A stretch of DNA of 64,000 bases from Candidatus Wolfebacteria bacterium GW2011_GWB1_47_1 (GCA_001029635.1 CP011209.1:414866-478865), one strand, 5' to 3'; shown: positions 48,299-58,184, counted from the first letter of the stretch. Notes: generated by a model not told the origin, from the letters alone. Translations and numbers: made by a program.

Positions 48299-48838
48299 AT
48301 GAACACTGGACCCGATCATGATCATCAACTTGTTGCCGCTCTTGAGGCGCTTTTATTTGTACATGGAGATCCGTTGGATGTAAAAAAGATTGCTTCGGTT
48401 TTAAAAACCGAAGCATCCAATGTCGAAGGGGCGATTGCTACACTGGCCGGACACCTGGAACAGGAGGGGCGCGGGTTGATGCTTGTGCGTCAGGAGTCGC
48501 GTGTGCAGCTTGCGACCAAGCCCGCCTTCTCTTCATTGGTTGAGTATTTGGTCAAAGATGCCTTTGAAGAAAATCTTACTCCCGCAGCACTCGAAACGCT
48601 TTCATTAATAGCATACCTTGGTCCTATCTCCCGTGCACGTGTCGATTATCTGCGTGGCGTGAATTCGTCTTATTCCATCCGCAATCTATTAATGCGCGGA
48701 CTCGTTGAAAAGACAGTTGATCCGCAGAGTGCACACGTCACTGCTTATCGGGTGAGTTTTGATCTTCTTAAACATCTTGGTGTCTCGTCTATCGAAGACC
48801 TTCCGGATTACGGCAAATATAAGGAGCAAGAAATCTGA
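48299..48838 (+). CDS. scpB: Segregation and condensation protein B
   Basis: ..LVAALEALLFVHGDPLDVKKIASVL.. and tandem winged-helix domains. Confidence 0.8.
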   Translation: MNTGPDHDHQLVAALEALLFVHGDPLDVKKIASVLKTEASNVEGAIATLAGHLEQEGRGLMLVRQESRVQLATKPAFSSLVEYLVKDAFEENLTPAALETLSLIAYLGPISRARVDYLRGVNSSYSIRNLLMRGLVEKTVDPQSAHVTAYRVSFDLLKHLGVSSIEDLPDYGKYKEQEI

Positions 48839-48959
48839 CCTAAAGCAACCCGATCTCGCGGTTGCTTTTTTAAAAGGCATGTGGCATAACAATTTCAGCG
48901 CCATTTATAATTTATCAAGTCTACGGGTTGTTATCGACCCGCATTAAGGAGTATGCCTT

Positions 48960-49895
48960 GTGAGCCACATCTTCCGAATGATCGTAGATATCCTTTTATT
49001 GTCGAGCTGTTCCCATAATCCGCAATATCTGCCTGGTTCAGTAACCCCTTTCGACGTGTATGGTATCGTCGGCGGCGGCGATGCTGATTCGTTCGCCGCA
49101 TCGAGTTCCTACGTTGCGTCTGTGTTGACGTCTACTGCGGAGGTGCAGGAAGACATTAAGGCAAAGCGATTTCTGGTTACCGTCTTGGGTGATACGGGTC
49201 CGCTGCTCGCGCGCGCGGCTGATCAATCTTGGCCAACAGCATCTATCGCAAAGCTGATGTCGGCCGTTATCGTTGCGGAGCATCTGGATTGTTCCCATTT
49301 AGTCGCTATGACTACCAAGGCTATCGCGACCGAAGGGGAATCGGGGCAGTTTGTTCCGCAGGAACAATTTTTGGTTTACGATTTGTTACGGGCAATGCTG
49401 ATTGCTTCAAGTAATGATGCTGCCGAAGCACTGGCGTTGTATGCCAATCGAGAAACATTTGTGCGCCGTATGAACGAAAAGGCTCGGGAGTTGGGGATGG
49501 ATCATACGACGTTTGTCGATCCTTCCGGTCTTTCCGACAAGAACCGTTCGACACCTGAAGATCTTCTTACATTAATCGCATTCATCTATGCGAAGCATGC
49601 GGACCTGCTTGCTATCACTCGGCTTTCCTCGGTTCGTATTTGTGATGTCCAGTTTGGACATAGGAAGCAGTTGTTATCGACTAACGAGTTTACTCGTACG
49701 GCCAGTACTGCTAGCGATGTTCGACGTGTCGAATTCATCGGCGGGAAAACCGGCTATACGGCGTCGGCGATCGGCAACCTTGTTTCGCTTTTTTCCGTGC
49801 ATGGATATACAATTGCCATTGTCGTCATGGGAAGCACTGACCGATTCGGAGATACTCGACGTTTGCTCGCGCGCGCAGCTCCACGTTTCCGTTAA
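48960..49895 (+). CDS. D-alanyl-D-alanine carboxypeptidase (peptidase S11, PBP5-like)
   Basis: SxxK (ASIAKLM), SxN (SSND) and KTG (GGKTGYT) motifs. Confidence 0.75.
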   Translation: MSHIFRMIVDILLLSSCSHNPQYLPGSVTPFDVYGIVGGGDADSFAASSSYVASVLTSTAEVQEDIKAKRFLVTVLGDTGPLLARAADQSWPTASIAKLMSAVIVAEHLDCSHLVAMTTKAIATEGESGQFVPQEQFLVYDLLRAMLIASSNDAAEALALYANRETFVRRMNEKARELGMDHTTFVDPSGLSDKNRSTPEDLLTLIAFIYAKHADLLAITRLSSVRICDVQFGHRKQLLSTNEFTRTASTASDVRRVEFIGGKTGYTASAIGNLVSLFSVHGYTIAIVVMGSTDRFGDTRRLLARAAPRFR

Positions 49896-49900
49896 TACCA

Positions 49901-49927
49901 AAAGCCCCTTACGTGAGGGGCTTTTTT
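49901..49927 (+). terminator. Rho-independent terminator
   Basis: aaagcccctt-acgtga-ggggcttttttt. Confidence 0.65.
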
Positions 49928-49995
49928 TGCAAGGCGCCAATCCTTCTGATAGAATGGGCTTAATGCGTAGCAGATCCGCTTCGCGTATAGTCCAC

Positions 49996-50096
49996 CCTGT
50001 TACAAATTTTAAAATATCTTATTTGTATTGTTACAGCGTTGTTATTCATACCGCTTGGCAATATGTCGGTATAGTATAAAATTTGTAACGGGGTCC
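49996..50096. repeat. 17-nt inverted repeat pair flanking a putative promoter upstream of the second carboxypeptidase gene
   Basis: ccctgttacaaatttta (49996-50012) and taaaatttgtaacgggg (50080-50096). TTGGCA..TATAGTATAAAAT lies between them. Confidence 0.4.
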
Positions 50097-50114
50097 AGTT
50101 CGACCTGTCTATCT

Positions 50115-51068
50115 ATGAGAAAGAGTAGAATCATTTTATTGGTATTGTTTATCTCGCTTTCCTTTGCGATCGTTAAGGCGATGGAGGACGAAGGAAATCA
50201 TTATGCTGTCGATCAAACGGCTGTGGTAAAAAATACTATTGAAGCCGTCCTTCAACCGGCCCTTATAACCGAAGGCAGTGCTCCCGAGATCGTTTCCTAT
50301 CCGGTACTCGCCGATCTGGAACCGGTCTCTTCGAGTACGACACCGGAGACCTGCACTTCCCGAGTAGAAACTCGCTTTGGCTTAGTCCGGCAGCTTAATG
50401 GCGATACGACAGTATTCGAACGTGGCATTGAAAATCGTTGGCCTATTGCGTCTATCACCAAGCTCATGACCGCAATTGTTGCCACGGAGCACAATGCGCT
50501 TGCAAGTAACATCACCTTTACCGAGTCTATACTGAAAGCAGAGGGGACTGCGGGAGGATTTGCAACGGGAGAAGTTGTGAATGGGGCCGACGTGCTCAAG
50601 GGAATGCTTCTTGTTTCGAGTAATGATGCCGCCGAAGCAATCGCCCAAACATATGGTCGAGACGCATTCATTCGAATTATGAATGAAAAGGCAAAAGAGC
50701 TTCGCATGCTTGATACGAAGTATGTTGACCCATCCGGACTCTCTCCGCAGAACCAGTCGACTGCAAGCGATCTGTATAAGCTCATGGGGTACCTATATGA
50801 TGAGCATCCCGAACTATTACAGATCACCCGGCAACGCAGCGCAAGTATTTCCATCGCTGGCGTGAAGGCGAAGCGTAAATTGAGCAATATCAATATCTTT
50901 GCCGGCCAGGCAAATTTCATCGGAGGAAAGACGGGATACATTACCGAAGCTGAAGGAAACGGAAATCTGCTTACCTTATTCACGTATAATAATCAGCCGT
51001 TCGTTATTGTGGTACTTGGAAGCCCTGATCGATTCGGCGAAACAAAGTCGCTACTCACATGTATCTAA
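50115..51068 (+). CDS. D-alanyl-D-alanine carboxypeptidase paralog (peptidase S11)
   Basis: Signal peptide MRKSRIILLVLFISLSFAIVKA. SITKLM / SSND / GGKTGY motifs. Start at ATG 50115. Confidence 0.75.
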   Translation: MRKSRIILLVLFISLSFAIVKAMEDEGNHYAVDQTAVVKNTIEAVLQPALITEGSAPEIVSYPVLADLEPVSSSTTPETCTSRVETRFGLVRQLNGDTTVFERGIENRWPIASITKLMTAIVATEHNALASNITFTESILKAEGTAGGFATGEVVNGADVLKGMLLVSSNDAAEAIAQTYGRDAFIRIMNEKAKELRMLDTKYVDPSGLSPQNQSTASDLYKLMGYLYDEHPELLQITRQRSASISIAGVKAKRKLSNINIFAGQANFIGGKTGYITEAEGNGNLLTLFTYNNQPFVIVVLGSPDRFGETKSLLTCI

Positions 51069-52138
51069 CCCACGCAGTCCTTATTGTGAAGATCCTTAGC
51101 TTCTTCATGGCATCATTTTTGGTTGCCATTTTATTGGCGCCGATCTTGATTCATTTTCTTTATAAGTATAAGGCGTGGAAAAAGAAGCCGAAAGAAAAAT
51201 CGATCGGTGGATACGATACTCCCATCTTTCAGAAATTTCACGCGAAGAAGGAAGTGTCCACTCCTCGCATGGGTGGTATCTTGATCTGGGGGACCGTACT
51301 TGTTATTGCGATCCTTGATTTTATTTTGGCGCGTGTATTACCGGAGCCGCTTGCCACTCAGGTTGATTTTTTGAGTCGATCGCAAACGTGGCTTCCGTTG
51401 TTCACGCTTGTCGCAGCTTCGTTGCTTGGATTAGTCGATGACATTATGACCGTTCGCAATAGCGGCAACTATATCAGTGGCGGACTGCGCTTTAAATGGC
51501 GGTTGGCAATGGTGTGTCTTATCGCAGTCGTCGGTGCGTGGTGGTTCCATTTCAAGCTTGGTTGGAGTAGTATCTACATTCCGTTCCATGGCAATATCGA
51601 GATTGATGGATTATATATGGTGCTGTTCGTATTGACCATGCTCGCCACGTTTTCAAGCGGTGTCGTCGACGGGCTCGATGGGTTGTCTGCCGGTGTACTT
51701 ACCCCGATCTTTATATCGTTTGGTATCATTGCTTATTCGCGCGGATTGTATGATCTTGTCACTTTGATCGTTGTCATTGTTGGTGCTCTGCTTACGTATC
51801 TTTGGTATAACGTTCCCCCCGCGAAATTTTATATGGGGGAGACGGGCATTCTCGGACTGACAGCTGTGCTGTCGGTGATTGCATTCTTGACCAATTCGGT
51901 CATATTCCTTCCGATTATCGGGATCGTGTTGGTTATCGAATCGATGTCCGTCATCATTCAGCTGACTTCTAAAAAGTTGCGCAATGGAAAGAAGGTATTC
52001 CTTGCCGCCCCGATCCACCATCATTTCGAGGCACTGGGATGGAGCGAAAGCCAGATCACGATGCGTTTTTGGCTCCTGTCGGCGATCTTTTCCGGATTAG
52101 GATTGATATTGTACTTTTTGAGCAAATATCTCTATTAA
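51059..52138 (+). CDS. mraY: Phospho-N-acetylmuramoyl-pentapeptide transferase MraY
   Basis: ..TPRMGGILIW.., DD motif (LVDDIMTV) and polytopic topology. An alternative start is Met 51107 (MASFLVAILL). Confidence 0.85.
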   Translation: MYLTHAVLIVKILSFFMASFLVAILLAPILIHFLYKYKAWKKKPKEKSIGGYDTPIFQKFHAKKEVSTPRMGGILIWGTVLVIAILDFILARVLPEPLATQVDFLSRSQTWLPLFTLVAASLLGLVDDIMTVRNSGNYISGGLRFKWRLAMVCLIAVVGAWWFHFKLGWSSIYIPFHGNIEIDGLYMVLFVLTMLATFSSGVVDGLDGLSAGVLTPIFISFGIIAYSRGLYDLVTLIVVIVGALLTYLWYNVPPAKFYMGETGILGLTAVLSVIAFLTNSVIFLPIIGIVLVIESMSVIIQLTSKKLRNGKKVFLAAPIHHHFEALGWSESQITMRFWLLSAIFSGLGLILYFLSKYLY

Positions 52139-52402
52139 TACATTAATCAAGAGCTGCCCTACGGGGCGGTTTTTGGTTGCGCAATCTCGTATACTACTCT
52201 ATACTAAGAAGGTATTTTATTGCATGTATGGGTTCACAATCATATATAGGAATTTCTCATTCTTCTTGCGTGGAATCCGATATTCGATCGAGCGCCGTTT
52301 CTAGGGTTATTTTTCTTATTTTGCAACGACCGCATGGGTCGCTTTTTTATTTTTAAAGACTTCACTTTTTTTTAGTTGTCTTCTATAATGCCTGTACGTA
52401 TT

Positions 52403-52473
52403 AGCGGGTATTGCATAGTGGTAGTGCGCAACCTTCCCAAGGTTGAAGCGAGGGTTCGATTCCCTTTACCCGC
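52403..52473 (+). tRNA. tRNA-Gly (anticodon CCC)
   Basis: Acceptor gcgggta/tacccgc. Anticodon stem caacc/ggttg with loop ttCCCaa. T-loop TTCGATT. Discriminator U. A TATAAT box 14 nt upstream. Confidence 0.8.
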
Positions 52474-52474
52474 T

Positions 52475-52520
52475 CACAACTTAAAAACCCCCGGGAAACC
52501 CCCGGGGGTTTTTAAGTTGT
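52475..52520 (+). terminator. Strong terminator hairpin 3' of tRNA-Gly
   Basis: cacaacttaaaaacccccgg-gaaa-cccccgggggtttttaagttgtg. Confidence 0.7.
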
Positions 52521-52651
52521 GGATGAGTAGATACGGGAATCGAAGGGTATCTGAAAAATATAAACTGCTTTATATTTTTCAGAACCCCGGCTTTGAAGGA
52601 GGAGTGGAACCTGTGCGAATTTATGAGCACGATGGAGCGACGGGTGAAAAG

Positions 52652-52668
52652 GATTCCCTTTACCCGCT
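52652..52668 (+). repeat. 17-nt exact direct repeat of the tRNA-Gly 3' end (att-like scar)
   Basis: gattccctttacccgct is identical to tRNA positions 52457-52473. A second hairpin follows at 52669-52710 (aacaacataaaagcc-tttg-aggcttttatgttgtt). Confidence 0.5.
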
Positions 52669-52709
52669 TAAAAAAAACAACATAAAAGCCTTTGAGGCTT
52701 TTATGTTGT

Positions 52710-53513
52710 TCAGTATGAAAAGGGAACGGGGGTATTAGCTCTTGTCGGCTTGTTGATCCGGAATTTTTCGTGTAGTACTCGCGCTTTAAGGAGGAAGTCG
52801 ATCGCGTCATTCGCATCTACCGATATGATCGATGCCAATGTGCTCAGTTTTGTATTGAATACCGCACGGTCGGATCGTGGAATTCTTACTCCTTCGTTTG
52901 TCCTAATGTATAATTCTTCGTTGAGATGGTTAGTATCCGCGACACAGATGAGGTGATCTACCGTCCCAGTTTTTTGATCCAAGAAGCGTATCGATAGCGT
53001 GGTCTGTTCTTCGTGTAATGCCCGAAATATATAATCATTAAAATCGAGATCGTCTGATATGCCACGCGTCAGGTTGAATGTGAACCGGTCGACACGTTCC
53101 TGACCTGGCCAGTCTTTTGCAATTGTAATGATGTCTCCTTCGCGCATGACCCGTATTGTACTGGGGACTCCTTGTACGATGGGGTATGCGGGAATCGTTC
53201 GAGTGTCTTTGATACCATCTACATCGATCAGTTCACGGTGCATGAAGTATGGGCAAAAAATAAATCGTCGCTTATTTGTGTAACAGAGGATCGATCGGTG
53301 GCGGCCAACGATCATATCCTCGATGTAATAGGTCTGATCGAACCCTGCCTTGGTTAATTCATTCCTGATGTTTCTCGACTGTTCATAGCAGTTCGACCCG
53401 AACTGTTTAGACGGCCTTTGTCCGTTTAGGACATACATGGACGCGGCGGAACTATATTGAAATGAGAGCGAATTATCTAGAATTCGCTTTAGTTTTTTTA
53501 GCCCCGTATTCAT
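52710..53513 (-). CDS. Hypothetical protein (possible Cys-nucleophile fold; weak NAT/transglutaminase-like G.NCYE motif)
   Basis: 267-aa ORF. ..KQFGSNCYEQSRNIRNELTKAGF.. loosely resembles the arylamine N-acetyltransferase/transglutaminase catalytic-Cys region. This is speculative. Confidence 0.35.
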   Translation of the reverse strand: MNTGLKKLKRILDNSLSFQYSSAASMYVLNGQRPSKQFGSNCYEQSRNIRNELTKAGFDQTYYIEDMIVGRHRSILCYTNKRRFIFCPYFMHRELIDVDGIKDTRTIPAYPIVQGVPSTIRVMREGDIITIAKDWPGQERVDRFTFNLTRGISDDLDFNDYIFRALHEEQTTLSIRFLDQKTGTVDHLICVADTNHLNEELYIRTNEGVRIPRSDRAVFNTKLSTLASIISVDANDAIDFLLKARVLHEKFRINKPTRANTPVPFSY

Positions 53514-53633
53514 ACGTACACGTATACCATATAATCGCAGATTGTACAGGGGGATACTGGCTTTTTCGACCTGTTTTTGCTATACTGAGGTATATCAATA
53601 AGCGCCAGAAGATGGCCTTTTATTTTCTAAATT

Positions 53634-55658
53634 ATGGCGAAAAAAGCAGAAAACATCGATGAGCTAATCGAGCAGGCTCAGGAAAAGGAGTCGAAGAAGG
53701 TAGCCGCCAAAAAATTGGAGGACCCGATCGATAACAGGGGCAATGCCTCGTATAGTGCAAAGGATATTCAGGTTCTCGAAGGATTGGAACCGGTGCGCAA
53801 GCGTCCGGGTATGTATATCGGCTCTACTGGAGCGCAGGGATTGCACCACTTGATTTGGGAAGTTTTCGACAACTCGCTCGATGAAGCGATGGCGGGCTAC
53901 GCCAAGAATATCAAAGTAGAGTTGTTAAAGGATGGTACGGTCACTGTGCAGGATGACGGACGTGGCATTCCCGTAGACATTCATCCGAAGACAAAAAAGT
54001 CGGCGCTCGAAACTGCGGCGACTACATTGCATGCCGGCGGAAAATTCGATGGTGATTCATATAAGGTCTCCGGAGGCTTGCATGGCGTGGGACTTTCTGT
54101 TGTGAACGCACTTTCTACCTGGATGAAGATAGAAGTGTGCAAGGAGGGAACGATGTACGTGCAAGAGTATAAGATCGGCAAACCACAATATGATGTAAAG
54201 AAGGCTGGCAAGTGCACGGCAAATGGAACCAAGGTTTCATTCAGGCCTGACGGGACAATCTTTTCAACACTCGAATTCGATCGCAAGGAGATTGTCGGAC
54301 ATTTGCGCCAACAGGCATTTCTTACGAAGGGCATCCGTATCGAGATCATCGACGATCGTGAGGATGTTCCGTTTTACTACTCGTTTTATTTTGAAGGTGG
54401 ACTCGTTTCGTTCGTTCGGTACGTGAATCGTAATCACACTCCCGTACATAAGGAGATCTTCTATGTGCATAAAAGTTCGGAGAGTATCGACGTTGAAACC
54501 GCATTTATTTATAACGATGACCCGGATGCTCGTGAGCTTAGCTTTGCGAACAATATCTATACGCCTGACGGAGGTATGCATGTGACCGGATTCCGTACTG
54601 CATTGACGCGTGCGTTGAATGACTTTGCGCGAAGTATTAATGCGCTGAAGGGATCCGAAGATAATTTGACTGGCGATGACGTACGCGAAGGCATTACGGC
54701 AATCATTTCCGTCAAGCTGCGCGACCCACAATTCGAAGGGCAGACCAAAGCTCGTCTCGGAACACCTGGGGCGCGGGGTGCAGTGGAGTCCGTGCTTTCG
54801 GAGGCGCTAAAGGAATACTTTGAAAAATATTCCGGGGATGCGAAGGCAATTATCGAAAAATGTATCTTGGCGCAAAAGGCCCGCAAGGCCGCCAAGGCCG
54901 CCAAGGACACCGTACTACGTAAGGGCATGCTCGAGGGGATGACCCTGCCGGGTAAGCTCGCGGATTGTTCGAGTCGCAAGGCGCAGGATTCCGAGATTTA
55001 CATCGTTGAGGGAGACTCCGCAGGCGGTAGCGCCAAGCAGGGGCGTGATCGTCGATTCCAGGCGATTCTTCCGCTTAAAGGAAAGATCTTAAACGTTGAG
55101 AAGGCGCGTTTGGATAAAATGTTATTGAACAATGAAATCAAGTCCTTGGTCATCGCGTTGGGTACTGCTATCTCGGATAGTTTTGATATCGAAAAATTAC
55201 GTTATCATAAGGTGATTATTATGACCGATGCTGATACTGATGGAGCGCACATCCGCACGTTGTTGTTGACGTTGTTCTATCGGTATTTCCGTCCTGTTAT
55301 TGAAGGAGGATTTTTGTATATCGCGCAGCCACCGTTGTTCCGACTTCAGTTGGGTAAGGATGTTCGCTATGTCTATACGCCCGATGAAAAGGACAAGGCC
55401 GTTACCGATATGACTGCCGGTAAAAAGGCTGAGGCTAACGTGAATGTGCAGCGCTATAAGGGACTCGGAGAAATGAACCCTGATCAGTTGTGGGATACGA
55501 CCATGAATCCTGAATTCCGTACATTGCTTCAGGTTATGATCGATGATGCTGAGGAAGCTGATCGCTTGTTCGAGATCCTTATGGGTGATGAGGTTGCTCC
55601 GCGTAAGCAGTTTATTCAATCGAATGCTACGCTTGTTAGTAATCTCGACATCACTTAG
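53634..55658 (+). CDS. gyrB: DNA gyrase subunit B
   Basis: ..LEGLEPVRKRPGMYIGSTG.. HATPase N-terminal domain. TOPRIM (EIYIVEGDSAGGSAKQGRDRRFQAILPLKGKILNVEKA). C-terminal ..QRYKGLGEMNPDQLW... It ends in a TAG stop. Confidence 0.95.
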   Translation: MAKKAENIDELIEQAQEKESKKVAAKKLEDPIDNRGNASYSAKDIQVLEGLEPVRKRPGMYIGSTGAQGLHHLIWEVFDNSLDEAMAGYAKNIKVELLKDGTVTVQDDGRGIPVDIHPKTKKSALETAATTLHAGGKFDGDSYKVSGGLHGVGLSVVNALSTWMKIEVCKEGTMYVQEYKIGKPQYDVKKAGKCTANGTKVSFRPDGTIFSTLEFDRKEIVGHLRQQAFLTKGIRIEIIDDREDVPFYYSFYFEGGLVSFVRYVNRNHTPVHKEIFYVHKSSESIDVETAFIYNDDPDARELSFANNIYTPDGGMHVTGFRTALTRALNDFARSINALKGSEDNLTGDDVREGITAIISVKLRDPQFEGQTKARLGTPGARGAVESVLSEALKEYFEKYSGDAKAIIEKCILAQKARKAAKAAKDTVLRKGMLEGMTLPGKLADCSSRKAQDSEIYIVEGDSAGGSAKQGRDRRFQAILPLKGKILNVEKARLDKMLLNNEIKSLVIALGTAISDSFDIEKLRYHKVIIMTDADTDGAHIRTLLLTLFYRYFRPVIEGGFLYIAQPPLFRLQLGKDVRYVYTPDEKDKAVTDMTAGKKAEANVNVQRYKGLGEMNPDQLWDTTMNPEFRTLLQVMIDDAEEADRLFEILMGDEVAPRKQFIQSNATLVSNLDIT

Positions 55659-55670
55659 GGAGTGCATGGG

Positions 55671-55775
55671 GTTCGCGAACCGTTGCGTTGTGGGCCCCTG
55701 TTGCTTCGGTCGCTGTATCGGTAAATACAGCTTCCTCAGTAACTTTCCCACGCCTTACGTTTCATCGAACCGCAT
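55671..55775 (+). repeat. Copy D of the structured intergenic element
   Basis: ccgttgcgTTGTGGGccc..gctgtat-cggtaa-atacagc..ttCCCACGCCttacg. Both helices carry compensatory substitutions (GCGGG/CCCGC becomes GTGGG/CCCAC; CGTAC/GTACG becomes CTGTAT/ATACAG). Confidence 0.6.
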
Positions 55776-55868
55776 GCACTCCAGTATCCCTAGGCTAAAC
55801 CTTGCATTTTACTGGGGTTTAGTGTATGGTAATAACTGACTAATTTAAGCAAATCCCGAAAAACTCTT

Positions 55869-56054
55869 ATGTTTTCACGTCTTACTTCGTATATTCAGGA
55901 ATCGCGGCAGGAATTTAAGCGCGTCAATTGGCCAACTCGCCAAGAGACGATTCGATTGACCGGCATGGTTATTGGACTTTCGCTCATCTTCGCCGTATTT
56001 TTAGGGGTATTGGATATGGTATTTAATTATATTCTTGTTACGTATCTCATATAA
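55869..56054 (+). CDS. secE: Preprotein translocase subunit SecE
   Basis: 61 aa. ..EFKRVNWPTRQETIRLTGMVIGLSLIFAVFLGVLD.. It lies directly upstream of nusG, the conserved secE-nusG-rplK order. Confidence 0.8.
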   Translation: MFSRLTSYIQESRQEFKRVNWPTRQETIRLTGMVIGLSLIFAVFLGVLDMVFNYILVTYLI

Positions 56055-56057
56055 TCC

Positions 56058-56663
56058 ATGACTGAAACAACACCACAGCAGGAACATGCAAAGCCTTCGG
56101 AAAAAAAATCCGAAAAGAAGGAGCTTTCCCAGAAGGGAGAGCGACATTGGTATGCAGTGCACACCTATTCCGGGTACGAAGACGCTGTTGCTCGGTATTT
56201 GAAACAGCGAGTTGACTCTTTGGAAATGGACAACAAAATCTTCAATGTTGTTGTTCCTAAGGAAAAGAGTATTAAGATCAAAAACGGAAAGCGTAAAGAG
56301 GTCGAGGAAAAAATCTATCCGGGGTATGTGCTCGTCGATATGATCATGAGCGAAGATTCATGGTATGTCGTTCGCAATACGCCTCGCGTGACCGGTTTCG
56401 TCGGATCTGATTCTACTGAGCCGACACCGCTTTCAAAGGAAGAAGTTGATTTCTTGCTCGCCCGTATGGATGGCGTCGAAAAGAAGGTTAAGCTTGATTA
56501 TATTCTTGGTGAAACCGTGAAGATCACGGATGGACCGTTCAAGGACTATGAAGGAAAGATCAGTGACATCGATCACGAACATATGAAGATTAAGGTCTTG
56601 GTACCGATCTTCGGCCGAGAGACCGCAGTCGAGCTAGACTCGCTACAGTTGCAAAAAATCTAA
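56058..56663 (+). CDS. nusG: Transcription termination/antitermination factor NusG
   Basis: NGN domain (HWYAVHTYSGYEDAV..) plus C-terminal KOW (..GETVKITDGPFKDYEGKI..). Confidence 0.9.
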   Translation: MTETTPQQEHAKPSEKKSEKKELSQKGERHWYAVHTYSGYEDAVARYLKQRVDSLEMDNKIFNVVVPKEKSIKIKNGKRKEVEEKIYPGYVLVDMIMSEDSWYVVRNTPRVTGFVGSDSTEPTPLSKEEVDFLLARMDGVEKKVKLDYILGETVKITDGPFKDYEGKISDIDHEHMKIKVLVPIFGRETAVELDSLQLQKI

Positions 56664-56684
56664 ACATCAGTACAATACACGAGT

Positions 56685-57107
56685 ATGGCAAAAGCAATCA
56701 AAACAATCGTAAAGCTTCAGATCCCAGGCGGGGCGGCAAATCCTGCTCCTCCGATCGGACCGGCTCTTGGCCAGCACGGCGTAAACATCGCCCAGTTCTG
56801 TCAGCAGTTCAACGAAGCGACCAAGGACATGGTGGGAACCATCATTCCTGCAGAGATCAGTATCTATGAAGATCGAACCTTCGACTTCAAGCTAAAGACC
56901 CCTCCGGCGTCTGACTTGCTCCGCAAGGCGGCAGGTGTTACCAAAGGATCGGCAAACCCGCTGAAGATCAAGGTGGGAACCGTTTCTGAGGCACAGGTAC
57001 GTGAGATCGCAACCCGAAAGATGGAAGATCTCAATACCGAGGATGTCGAACAGGCAGCTAAGATCATCAAGGGCGCAGCCCGATCGATGGGAATCGAAGT
57101 TAAATAA
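56685..57107 (+). CDS. rplK: 50S ribosomal protein L11
   Basis: ..[36 protein letters not shown]... Highly conserved throughout. Confidence 0.95.
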   Translation: MAKAIKTIVKLQIPGGAANPAPPIGPALGQHGVNIAQFCQQFNEATKDMVGTIIPAEISIYEDRTFDFKLKTPPASDLLRKAAGVTKGSANPLKIKVGTVSEAQVREIATRKMEDLNTEDVEQAAKIIKGAARSMGIEVK

Positions 57108-57115
57108 GTTTGATA

Positions 57116-57150
57116 TGGAAAAGAGGCGGAAACGCCTCTTTTTGTTTTTT
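57116..57150 (+). terminator. Rho-independent terminator after rplK (no rplA follows)
   Basis: gaaaagaggcg-gaaa-cgcctctttttgtttttttt. Confidence 0.7.
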
Positions 57151-57250
57151 TTGTCTGTCATTCCAGCGGAGGCATGTCCTCGTGCCAACTTGTGAAGCAT
57201 TTTGGTGGTGAGGGCGGGAATCCACTTCTATTTTTTAAACAATATTTCTT

Positions 57251-57272
57251 GTACTTTTTCTAGAAAAAGTAC
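57251..57272. promoter_or_regulatory. 22-nt perfect palindrome (candidate operator)
   Basis: gtactttttctagaaaaagtac, in the 270-nt gap between the rplK terminator and the SDR gene. Confidence 0.35.
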
Positions 57273-57427
57273 CAAAAAGTCCGCGAGCAAAATAAAAAAG
57301 CGGAACGAACACTTTTTACAGCTCGCACGGGAAATAAAGCATGCACCTTCCTGTTCATGAACTTGTCAGCTTCACATGCTCTCAGATAAAATGCAAGCGG
57401 AGAAAGATGTGATATACTAATACCATT

Positions 57428-58159
57428 ATGGATATCAAAGGAAAGACAGTATTTATCACGGGCGGGGCGTCGGGCATCGGACTTGAGACTGCAAAAAAAT
57501 TTATTAATGAAGGTGCAAATGTGATCGTGTATTCGCGCGGAACCGCGGGGTCGGAGGCGCTTGCGCTTCCTTCTGAGCGGACACTGGTCATTGAGGGAGA
57601 TGTATGTGACCGCGATGCGGTTGGGCGTGCCGTTAACGCGACCATGCAACGCTTTGGCTCTCTCGATGTGTTGGTTAACAATGCAGGTATTGCGCAGCGC
57701 AAACGATTTGAAGATATGCTTGAAGAAGAGTGGAATCGTATGCTCAACGTAAATCTCTGTGGTATGTTCGTTGTGACCCAGGAGGCGCTTAAGGCAATGG
57801 ATACTGGGTCTGTCGAAACCGACCACGATGGATGCATTACCAAGCGCAAGTGCATCATCAATATTTCTTCGGGTGCCGGGTTGTTCGGCATTCCTGAGCT
57901 CTCTATCTATTCTGCGACCAAGGCTGCCGTGATCGCATTTACGCAGGCATTGTCTGCAGAGTTGGTGCAGTCGGGCATCGATGTTATTACTATTACGCCT
58001 GGCTCTGTAGGTACGGATATGTTCAAGGAACTATTCAAGGGTGTTGAGGCGCATCACACGCCCGCAGACGTCGCTGAGGTCATCTACAAGACGGTTATTG
58101 GCGATATGAAGCCCGACAACCGCCTGATCGTGGATACGTTCTATCATCAGAGGGTATAA
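57428..58159 (+). CDS. SDR-family short-chain dehydrogenase/reductase
   Basis: TGGASGIG cofactor motif. NNAG. Catalytic S..Y..K (SGAGLFG..YSATKAA). Confidence 0.85.
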   Translation: MDIKGKTVFITGGASGIGLETAKKFINEGANVIVYSRGTAGSEALALPSERTLVIEGDVCDRDAVGRAVNATMQRFGSLDVLVNNAGIAQRKRFEDMLEEEWNRMLNVNLCGMFVVTQEALKAMDTGSVETDHDGCITKRKCIINISSGAGLFGIPELSIYSATKAAVIAFTQALSAELVQSGIDVITITPGSVGTDMFKELFKGVEAHHTPADVAEVIYKTVIGDMKPDNRLIVDTFYHQRV

Positions 58160-58184
58160 GGGGTAGTAAAATGGAAAAAGAAAT

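Noticed and set aside
52376-52738. 120-aa plus-strand ORF spanning tRNA-Gly
   Set aside because: It overlaps the tRNA and two terminator hairpins and has no coding signature.
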